DNA of 64,000 bases, taken from positions 904,216 through 968,215 of the forward strand of contig NW_014577068.1 of NCBI RefSeq assembly GCF_000485595.1. Reading direction: 5' to 3'. The position numbers were made by a program, and so were the translations under genes. Shown piece by piece: positions 14,315 to 25,322 of the stretch (its first letter is position 1; each line of letters opens with the position of its first letter). A model generated the notes under the pieces. That model was not told the origin of the DNA, made no database searches, and saw only the letters and a list, made by a program, of their open reading frames with translations. The stretch comes from Priapulus caudatus. Lineage: Eukaryota.

Positions 14315-15785
14315 AATTAATTGCTAAAACACGGACACTGCTTCGTAAAACTAGCAACTTTATTTTTCCCATTTTGTGATTTTTACTGATGCAAAGCCGT
14401 ACGTTGCTGCTAACATTCCCTGATATTTATGTCCCTGTGTGAGTGCTAATTGATAGAGCTCTGTCTGTGTATGAGGCTTTGATGTATGACTGCGTCTCGC
14501 TTGTTTCCAAGTTTTTGTTTAAATAATTTACTTGTTGTTTTGAAAATCTCGTGTGGCTGTATGAATGGAAATATTGGCCGCATATTTGCGTGCACAATGC
14601 GTAGTATTGCGAAATCGTATTGACCATCAATGTTACGGTAACATAGTAGGCTTGTAAAACGCGGTGTTTACGACGCAATGCGGTCTCTCATGTGGATGCC
14701 CATGTAATCATTGAGATAAAAGGGTGGTAACTGGTACGCCCTATAACTTTCATTATAAGCAGATATCTCAATAAGAGACAAGGCTGATCGTAGAGCAAGC
14801 GTAAAGGCTGCACATGCTGCCAAGTGGAAGTTGGTTACACAACACTGGGTTATACGCATTGCACATGCGATTTCCCGTTGACACCGCTGAGCGCTGTGTG
14901 CTAGCTAGGCCGCGATCTGTCTTCTAGCTGGGTTGTTATGATACATGTATGGGGAAGGAGGCCGGTTGTTGATCCCGAATCATCCACGGTTACGAGAGTA
15001 CGCGGTCGAAGTGTTGAACGATGACCGCTTAGTAAATAATGGCTGTAAGTGTGACGCTGCCTCTATATGCGGCTGAAGCAGCGGACCGCATGGCTGTATG
15101 TTTATATCGTCTTTGACAAGTATGTGTGATGCCTTTAGACTCAGAGTCGTTGGTTGCAGTTCTTAAAGGTAAGACACCTGCAGCCACAACGACCAACCGT
15201 AATGTCTAACGACATTTTTAGAAAATTAGAAGCTATTGTTTCCAGTGAGCTGTTGCACACGCACGTGATAACGTTGGGCGACAGCCGTAACGACCAAAAT
15301 ATTTAGAATCGTTTTCTTATTCTTTTCTTCCATTCTTATTTCCATTCTTATCAACAACCAATCACAGCCCGTGAAAATATTTTTATCGGCACGTGACAAA
15401 AACATTTCGTAACGAAATTGTCTGCGGCGTGTCTTGACCTAGCTCGCACTGCACTCGCGTGGTAAACTCGGCGAGTCGTACGTAAGTACGGTACTACAGC
15501 CGACAGGGCTACGTGGCTCGTTATTAATGGTGCCGCCTAGCCCCTAGAAACGGCCGTGCATTGTACGACCGTAGAAGCGTATTTAGTCTGAAAGCTAGGT
15601 TTTACCCCTTCACCCCCCTCACCCCCTCAGTGCTCAGACTGGTTTTCACCCCTCGCTAAATTATTTCAAACCTTTACTCACCCACTGCTCAGTGGTTTCA
15701 CTCCCTCGCCCACTGCTCAGTGGTTTCACTCTCTCACCCACTGCTCAGGGGTTTCACTATCTCACCCACTGCTCAGTGGTTTCCA
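14315..15785 (-). repeat. Inverted near-duplicate of about 140-1587
   Basis: Reverse-complement match throughout; ORFs 931-1239(+) and 14668-14859(-) give the same peptide. Confidence 0.9.
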
Positions 15786-15855
15786 CGACGGCCGGACCGC
15801 ACGCTCATGCGATTCTACAAGCTGCATCTGACTATGTCAGATGAGCTAAAAACAA
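15785..15855 (-). mobile_element. HINE 5' end fragment
   Basis: Reverse complement reads tttttagctcatctgacatagtcagatgcagcttgtagaatcgc. Confidence 0.55.
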
Positions 15856-16127
15856 AGGTAGAAAAACATAGTGAGCAAAAAAGCACAAAAGCAACATAAG
15901 GTAGGAATCTCACCAGATGGCACAAATCCGAACCAATTGTTACTTTGATAAAAAAAAAACACATGAGAGAATAATAGAGACCAACCATTTCATAGAAAAA
16001 ACTCCACAAAGACACAAAAAATAACTCTACCATCCCAAATTCTTTCACTCTGTGACATTATCATGGCTCTATATTATCTTATATCGCTATTTACTACATC
16101 TACTATATATCTACTATCGTTATTTCA

Positions 16128-19100
16128 TTAAATCACTATCAATGTATTGATATCCTGCCATCTAAATTCACTATCAATGTATTGAATCCTGCATCTAAAT
16201 TCACTATAAGTATTGATATCCTGCATCTAAATTCACTATCAATGTATTGATATCCTGCCATCCACTATTGCAAGCATTAATAGTTTTAAGTTTGTTACAC
16301 TGCTAAACGAAATATAAACTTATGAATACTACCGATTTCTAGAAACAGGAATATTGTGTAATATAACTGTAGTCCTATAATCCCATGTCAGGTAAGTATG
16401 AACAATTGTTTCTTCATTAGCTGCAATTAAACATTTTAAGTTTACACGTATTTCAAATACTAACCTACTTCTTGTAAAAGAACTAAAAACTTGTTAAAAA
16501 CTTTAAAAACTAAACTTGTTAGTTTGGCCTCTGTGTCTGTGGACCGCAAACTATTTCTGTAGTAACGTGACGACGACGAATAATTAATTTAACACATAAA
16601 TAAACAAGTGGCCGCATAGCGACAGCGCTCATACTAACGTCTACTGCGGTGACTCTGTGGTGGAGTGGTGGATTCAGTACCCTGTTATTCCCAAATGTGT
16701 TTCACATACACGCCGAAATAGTGGAATGCACAGAGAATGGTAATCAGACCCAGCTTCTCAAAAGAATGTTTCGTTGGGACTTCTGTATGAAAGTTGCACG
16801 GAGATGGCGCGTACGTTTAAGTGTTTCAGTTAAAGATGAAGGCTCACCATCATTCGTAGTAGCAACAAACTATTTGCAAGACAGATAGGAGGCACTCATT
16901 CACCTTTACCTAAGGCAAGCCTACAGGCTGCAATAGAGAAGCTGCCACCTGCAACCATTACAGGCAGGCAAAAACTGGCCCGCAACACATGCATCTCATT
17001 GCACTGCAGCAGCCACTGGCAAGTGGCTATACGTTACATGTAACAATACTGACGACTAACAGAATGCCATATAAATTATACGATTTAAGGAGGCATGAGA
17101 ACCTTCTTTAACAGGCAAATTTAGCTTTTGGAAATTCTCACTGTTGACATTGTAGCCTGCCATCTCCAAGCATGTATAGATCTACTAGCAAACCTCGCGC
17201 AGTACCAAATTCTTTCTAACAGACAGTCCAACAAATCCATGTTTAACCCTCCTCTTTGTAGGTCAGGTGGGAGGGGAGGGTAGGGGAGGGTGGCGAGGGT
17301 GGAGAGGGGGTGGGGAGCGGGAAGGAGAAGAGGTGGGGAGGGATTGCTACTAGCAAAAGCAGTTCAGTCCTTTTTGTTGAAGTGAACAAATCCATCGTTA
17401 TACCCTCCTCTTGAGGTCCAAAAGGTTATCCGACACTTACTCCTTCTGCATGTCAGCAGAAGGGACATTCATGGTCCTTGTCAATAAAGCCATCAAAAAT
17501 GCACGGTCACGCCGCTGAACAACAAAAGTTTTTCAAGTCGGCTTCGCAGATCATGTCCTGCAGCAAATGTCTAAAATCTGCCCTGTGCCCATTGACCTTT
17601 GGACCTGTGACTCCAATTTCGGCAGCAGTGATGCTTTTTCCTACGCATGATGCTATACCGAGGGACGATATCAGAGCCTAGGTCGAGGTCCATTTAGAGT
17701 TTGTGCCGCGAAATGTTTTCTGCACTTTCCTCCCTATGACCTTAAGTTAAGGAAGTGAATGTTCCTGCCTTCTTTTACACCTGCTTGACCTTTGACTATT
17801 GATCCCCCAGCTTTCCATCTCCAACTCGTTTTGACGATCCCAGCGCGCAAGAACCCGGAAATATCGTGACCGTCGTCGAGCGGTCATAGATTTTGTGCCC
17901 AACTGTTTGACGGCGACCACGACGACCGACCGCGGACGGACGGAGCGGACGGGACGGACGATCAAGCGATTTACAGAGCTGGCATCGTGACTATGTCAGA
18001 TGAGGCAAAATGATGACACCGTTTGATTTATCGAGACTGACAAAAAGAAGAGAAACACGAACTGTTCAACATAATTAGTTAATGTCTAGTTACGCGTTAG
18101 TAACGCTACTTTAAGTCTCGCAGTATAACCGTTATACAGATTATGTATATACAGTTTCATAATATAGATGCCATATAGAGCACTTACAAGCATATCTCTA
18201 CGTGCATACAGTAGGGTCTAGCAGCATACAGATTATTTCACTTCACCATGTGGCCATGCCTCAAGGAATAATATCGGACCAGATTTAAATAAAATCCAGA
18301 CGCACTTCAGCTAAAAATTAATTCACCGGTTAGCCATAGATTACGCCAGTACCCAACCGAATAAATCGAGTTTAGAAAGTCTAATATTGAGCTTAACACG
18401 TTTAGGAGGCTTTCAGTTATTATATTTTCCCGTGAATTCATTTCAGTTATACAAAATGCATTGGTAAGGCATGCTCGAGAACAGGTTGAGATGTTTTTTT
18501 GAAAGGAAACATTTGACAAAAAGTAGGCATTACCCCCCCCCCCCAAGATTTATTATTAGTTTTTTTGCGATCGAATCTCAGAAGACTCAAATGAAAACCA
18601 CCCGAAACGTCCGCGAATACCAACAAATTCTCATGCCTAAAAACCCGCCACGAATGAAACCTAATAAAAAGAAAAGGGTAAAAAAGAGTCTCAGAATGAC
18701 ACATGCAGCTCACGGAATTTTCTTCTTTCTAATTCTTAAATAAAACAACAAGCTGTAATTAACCAGTTAGCCAAGAATTCACGAGACATGCACACGCCAG
18801 TAAAACCCGGGTATATATATTCGAAATCAGAGAATTTAGCAACTCATATGATGCAGATTTAAAAAAAAATTATTGAAAACTGTGGGCAAGTGAGCGGAAG
18901 TTAAACGATTACAGGTGGGTATGTGAATAAAAGCAAGGGTGTTAGAGTGATGAAACATTTTATTGCCTACGCAAGTTCCGTTAGTTCTCTCCACGCACGC
19001 TTAATAAAAGATATAAACTAATACACCCCAACAAATGTTGAGGTAAAACATGTATCTACGTTGATTCAATTATGCTGAAATACGATCTACGATATTAAAT

Positions 19101-19273
19101 GGGCCAGTGTAAGCCAGAGAGACATGATACAAGATTGCGTGGCACAGCTGTTGCTGTTGATCGCTGACGCTGCGGCGGATGAGACGCGCAGTTCCGCGCG
19201 GATATGCGCCACACGACAGCGCGAGGATGTTCAGGTCGGTATGAAGCGCTTCCGCAAGTGGAGATCGTGCGCA
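16128..19273 (-). repeat. Inverted near-duplicate of about 8150-9892, with an extra 1.4-kb insertion
   Basis: 16128-16603 = reverse complement of 9451-9892; 18007-19273 = reverse complement of 8150-9450. Confidence 0.9.
16604..18006 (-). mobile_element. Non-autonomous Helentron-type element (HINE/DINE-1-like), full length
   Basis: On -: T-run + GC(C)TCATCTGAC hairpin, (CGTC)n microsatellite and GGTCAA motifs; 3' end ...ATGAGCGCTGTCGCTATGCGGCCACTTGTT. Absent from the paralogous site at 9447-9452; no TSD. Confidence 0.7.
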
Positions 19274-19447
19274 ANNNNNNNNNNNNNNNNNNNNNNNNNC
19301 TGTACGGTGAGGAGAGTGAGACACACGAGCTTTTGGGTGGGTGAAGGAGGGTGAAACAATTGAGATATGTGTGAGTGAGGGAGTGAAACACTGAGGTCTG
19401 TTGGAGTGAGCGAGTAACCACTGAGCAAGTGGGTGGGGAGTGAGGCG

Positions 19448-20389
19448 AGTCCGTCCGTCAACAGTTGGGCACAAATCTTAACTGCTCGACGTACGGTCAC
19501 GATATTTGGGACGTGGGGGGGGGGGGGAATCCGAAAACGAGTTGGGATGTCGAAGCTGGGGGTCAAAGGTCAAAGGTCAAGAGGTGTAAAAGAAGGGGGA
19601 ACATTCACTCCTTAACTTAAGGTATAGGGAGGAAATGCAGAATTGCGGCACAGGCTCGTGATAGTCGGTGTATAGCATCATGGTAAGAAAAGCCATCACT
19701 GTGCCGAAATTGGAGGTGACAGGTCAAAGATCAATGGGGGCACAGGGCAGATTTTAGTAATTTTCTGAGACATGGTCTGACGGAGCGATTGGAAAACTTT
19801 TTTGTTTCAGTGGTGACCTACCATTTTTATGGCTTTATTGAAAGGACCATGAAATGTACTTTCCGCTGACATGCGAAGAGTAAGTGTCGGATAATCTTTT
19901 GACCTTCAAGAGGAGGGTTAAACATTGATTTGTTGACTGTTAACAAAAGACTGAACTGCTTTTGCTATTATTAGAGCCCATACCTGTGTGAATGTGAGGC
20001 TACAGTTGCACAGTTTAATTGCAAAGGCAAATGTTTGTTGAACAAGGTTTACGCTCCTTAAATCATATTATTTTTTAAAGCAGTCTGTCTATAGCACCCT
20101 GAAGGCTAAATCAGTGAATGCTCGTGTGGGTAGGCAAAAACACAGGGCAGCCCATGGCTGGCACGCTTCTAATCATAATTGTTGCCTGCCAACCTGCAAT
20201 GCACATGTGTCTGCAATGCATAGAGATTAGGTGGGTGCGAAAGTGTAGCTGATATATTTGTTCCAATTGGCTACGAAAGTCAAACAAGAATAAAGAAGAC
20301 TTATATATAAGACGTCTTGCTATGCACAAATGAATTTATCAGCAGAACACCAGACACCAGATGAGCCCTGTCGCACTGCGGCACTTGTT
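19448..20389 (+). mobile_element. Second, diverged and 5'-truncated HINE copy
   Basis: gtccgtccgtcaacagttgggcacaaa..., ggtcaaaggtcaaaggtcaa, ending agatgagccctgtcgcactgcggcacttgtt; reverse-complement similarity to 17000-17920. Confidence 0.65.
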
Positions 20390-20826
20390 ATTATGAATTT
20401 TAGTGTATGTTGTATTATTGTAGTAGTCACGAATTAAATATATGGCTGTCTTGCACTGTCATTGTATGCAATAATTTACTCTTTGTTTTGTATCATTAAG
20501 AAATATAGATAATTTTAGCATATACATCGCAGTGACTCCTATGTAAAATAATGCTTTTACCTAATTTGCTGTCAGCTAGATAGCCCACACACGAGGAAGT
20601 GTTACAAATATAGTATAATAGTCACTGTGCTAAGCATTATATCGCACATACATGTGTAAGTTTATATTTTTAATACGATTCAATTACACGGCTTTTTACA
20701 AAAAAACGAAAGATCTCTGGTACAATTTGTTCAACACCAACAAACCCATACCAATGATTATTTTATCGCAGGATGTGCGTGGGTGTCTACCGACCTTCAC
20801 TCGATCACACGCAATCTATTGGCCAG

Positions 20827-21041
20827 GGGCCCGTTGTCAGAAACAAAATTAGTCTTAACATTAGTCTTAACATTAATTTTTTTTCTTAGACCGTCGACAG
20901 AAACGCTGCGAAGTTGCCTGAATGGAAAATCGTAGCAGATTTCCTCATAACAATAGGAAACAAAGCGCTGTCGACGGTCTACGAGAAAATGTTAGTGTTA
21001 AGACTAATGTTAAGACTAATTTTGTTTCTGACAACGGGCCC
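20827..21041. mobile_element. PIF/Harbinger-like MITE
   Basis: Long TIR gggcccgttgtcagaaacaaaattagtcttaacattagtcttaaca; 3-bp TSD CAG; relatives at 37554-37625 and 37783-37900. Confidence 0.75.
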
Positions 21042-23024
21042 CAGGCAATTTTTTAACAAATGTTGTAACATAACTAAGAGCTGACAGTGTATACTTATTG
21101 CCATGTCATTGCAATCGTTTCTCGTATATATGTTATCTGCAGGAGGATGTAAGAGATATATTATGCCCTTCTAATATAATAAAGGTTATGGATTTATATT
21201 GAGACCTATTAGGCCTCACGTCAAGGCAGCAGGGGAAATATATTTTGTGGAAAGGTACTTGCTTTTGAGGTTGTATAGTATACCTCATAGTGTTTTCCCT
21301 GCACCATAATGTAGAAACCGATGGGCATTTCTGTACCACAGTATCAGGAGTAAATATAATCAATAAAAATTTGTGATTATTTACTCCTGGCAGTATGCAT
21401 CTTACTGTATATAGAATCTAGCGTGTTAATATGGATCTGTATATCTTCATATAAATATATTTTTGATATAATTATTTATTAATAAGTTAATAGAAATATA
21501 ACGGACAAATAGCGCTTTCAATAAACGTATTTCCTTACATATAGTAAGTTAATTGTGAAACCTTTATGTAATATATGTGTGTAGCAGTGCACTCTAATGC
21601 AATTGTGAACATTCATTTAAGCAAATGCTTGTATCAAAATGAATTATTTCTTAAAATTATACAAAACAGCTAGTGATTCTCATTGATAATAATAACATCA
21701 ATCGTGCGTTTCTATTAGCGACCGCATGCAGTGTTAAAACTCGAGCTTTTTATGTTTCGTTCCTGCTTCCCCCGAGATCCACACATGGTGGGACTGATAT
21801 TGCTAGCAATTGCACCAGAGACGCCGCTAACCGATAGATTATGCAAGTAATACTCGATGCAAGTGATATATGCTAATAGATCAACTTTCCCTAAGGTTTT
21901 GCTAAACGGACAAATTGCTCCACTGTAATAGAACTATATTAAATTTGGTTATGTTAAATAGTGCTAGTTCAACAAGGGAGCAAGTAGAAAAAAATAATAT
22001 CAATCCAGGTTTATTATATCTGACATTGTAAAAATAACTTTATTCCCAATGTGTGAACATGGACATTACAGAAATAACAGAAAGCATAGGCTAGGCTATA
22101 TATCAATAATCTATGCTAGTATTTTGTATATTATAGAAGTGCGAAATATAGACATGATGAATACATGTTGGGATTCTCTTTCGTAGCAGAGTGCTATGGA
22201 TATGCTGGCTGCGTATATTGTAAAAAACCGCACCTGATAAATACTACCACAGTTTGTAAGAAATTTTCTACCGTAAAATTGGAGAAGCTAACTAAAAATT
22301 CGAAGTCTAAGTATATCAATTAGGTTACGAATCCTGTAAGTTACAGCGGTTCTCTGGGCTTCGTGATAAGATGTGTAATATATACTCACTGGTCACTATT
22401 GTGAATGAGTGTAATTGACACAGCGTCGTGCTGTGCTACTCTGGCGTTGCGGAAGGTTATTGTTACAGAGGTCATTCGCAATTTAATGACCTCGCGTACT
22501 AATTAGCAACGAGATGATGTAGCATTCTGAGGAAGGACAAATATTGACTGCGTGTTAGCACTGTTACTAGGCGTGTGATGCCAGCCGATGGATCAACTAT
22601 AGCTGGGGGTAGGTGACCGCTGGGTGGGTAAGTTGATACGATATGTAGCAAAAACACAATAATTCACGCGGAAATTGTGTGATCATCATTGCATTATAAA
22701 GAATGCTACATACAGGCACCAAGTTAACTGATCGTATTTAGGATGTGAGTACGTACTGAAATAAATGCTGGACTAGAGTTCTGAGTCTTAAAGCTGGTTA
22801 GATTTTTTTTGATTTATTTTTTTTTGATTTATTTATTTCGATAATTACTAAAGCATACATTACATCGATAACAGCATAAATAAACAAAATGCAGCTAGAA
22901 AATTATCGAGGATCAAAAACACAAAAAAAGCGTGGCTAACACACTTATTTCCGTTGTGGTCCAACATAACATTGTACATACTATTACTATAAACTATAGC
23001 AAATATATACCCACGATCCCCAAA

Positions 23025-23680
23025 ATTTCTGAGTGATACAGTGATACAGTACAAAACATTGAAATACAGCATAAAGAAAAAATATATACAAAAAAAAACT
23101 TCAGCATATTATGTACAAGTAAAGTGATTAAGGTAAGTGTTGAGCAGTTAAAAAGAAAAAAAAAGAAAAAAAAGAAAAAATAGAAGCTTTCTGAGTGATA
23201 CAATACAAAACAGAAACAGATACATGAAGAAAAAATATAAACGAGAAAAAAACTTCAGCATATTCTGTACAGGTAAACTGATTACGGTATAAATGTTTAG
23301 CCGGTAGAAATGATGTTTCCTGAGTGAATACAGTACAAAGCAGTGCAGAACAACACGAAGAAAAACTAAATACACAAAAAAACTTCATCAAATTTTGTAC
23401 AAGTAGTACCCTTTTAGCACATCATTTCGACACTCGGTTCGTACACCATTATATCCACATTACAAACATAACATATTTCGCACACACTCACATTTGTATA
23501 GATATAAACGTATTGAAAAGTGCAATAGTGTTGGGCAGTTAAAATGGTAATTTTGAGTGATACAGTACAAAGCAGTGCATATACAACATGAAGAAAAAAT
23601 AGATACAAGAAAAAAACTTCAGTATAGCCTGTGCAGGCAAAGTGATTAAGGTACACTTTACCATCATTTCGACACTCATG
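23025..23680 (+). repeat. About 4 diverged copies of a ~130-160-bp A-rich unit
   Basis: gagtgatacagtacaaa...aaaaacttcagcatatt...tgtacaagtaaagtgattaagg recurs near 23030, 23192, 23321 and 23555. Confidence 0.65.
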
Positions 23681-25232
23681 TATGCCCATCAGACATGTTT
23701 CTCATCTACGAACACGAATTTTGGAGCCATATTCCATTAAATGAAGAGAGCAATTGATTTTGGTATTATATTTGGCTTCGTTGCTTGAGATGCATAGTTT
23801 TTAGGTTATGATAAAAAAAACAAGTTTAAACATAGTTAAGATTTCCAGTAATTTTTATAGCATGGTTCACTAGTGAAACTCCTTATTTTAATCAGTCAGA
23901 CGATTTTAAGATATTATATCTACATTAAAAAGAGCAATGCACGTATGTTATATATTTTTACTTACTGTACTTTATAATGTACAATATATACTTATTAAAA
24001 TGTACTTGCTTTCACTTACCAGTTAGCTGTATTTTAGTGAATAATTCCAAATTGACCAGCTTCTGTTTTAAATAAGAGTTCGTTATCATTGCTACTGTCT
24101 GGGATGTGAATTCCAATATATAGGCGTTGACTTTACTTTGCTCTGTGACGTAGGTCTTCTACATTAATTATATCCCATCCTTACACCCCATTGAATTATC
24201 GTTCATATTCGAATCAGTGTGCATGCGTGCGGACGTGCGTGCATGTGTGTGTTTGTGAGAGCGCGCGCGCGTGTGTGTGTGTGTGAATGCTAAAGGCCTT
24301 GCATTGTATGAAAGCTTGGGAATTGTTGCTGCATTTCAAAGCAACTACAATAAAACAACAACAATAAAACATCAAAGACGCTAACTAGGCTCAAACAAAT
24401 TTACCATTCAACACGAATGCGATTGGTAAATACATGTATCCCTAAGGATGTTGTGTTAAACTCAGTTCGTATTTAATCAAGTAAATTGTGAATAGGAACA
24501 TTCATGGATTGACATAGAACTTGAATGAATTGGCGTCACATACGTTCACTGTATCTCCATGTTATCTTCTAAAGTATCTAAAAATCCATTGCTATGCAGC
24601 TAACCCCTTTCGTTTAAGACGTTCTATCGAACACGCCACAGACACGATCACTGAATAGTTTGCACATGCAGGACCGATTAGGAGAAGTTGGCAAGGCTTT
24701 TTACGAGCCTTTTCCCCTCAAATGCATTGCAGCAAGCTTGTACAATATTGGAAATTCATCTAGTGCTGAATAATCAATAATGTGGCCGCTAGTTCTCGCA
24801 AACATCGTTGAACATGTTTGCTGTTTTCTACAGAAATAGGCATTTCCAATATATCGACAAATCGGCAGATATTAATACAAAGGGTTGCAGTTGGAGGTTT
24901 GGCCATGCGAAGCACAATAGAAATACTAAGTGATCACCAAAAACCAGAAGCGGCGTTGAGTGAATCTCATTTTTTATTAAAAAGCAAACGTGCACAAATA
25001 AATCAATCTATATAGAGGTTGTTATGTGATGATACTACGCGAATGGGGAAAACGTGGTAAATACCATGCATGCGATGGAGTGGAAGATGGTGCAGTTATC
25101 TATGTGGAAGTGAGCTTGATTTCCAGCCATTATCATACATCTGTATTTTCATTCCTCATTAGTTCAATTTCCTCAGCGTAGCATATGCATTTATTATCCT
25201 TGTGTTTATAATAGTACGTTTGTCGTTTACAG

Positions 25233-25322
25233 AGTTCAAAGCGAGTGTTGCGGTCCAATGAGATTACCCTACCACCAGGTGGCATCATTGACACAGAACT
25301 TGACCTGTCTTTCTCGTTGCAG
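25233..25322 (+). CDS. PACS2: PACS exon (furin-binding region)
   Basis: ttacag|[30 protein letters not shown]|gtaaga, 90 nt, phase 0/0. Confidence 0.93.

Noticed and set aside
21770..21830. Possible garbled PACS exon 1 (TW..D...NC.PR)
   Set aside because: It needs too many indels, and the similarity is not distinguishable from chance by eye.
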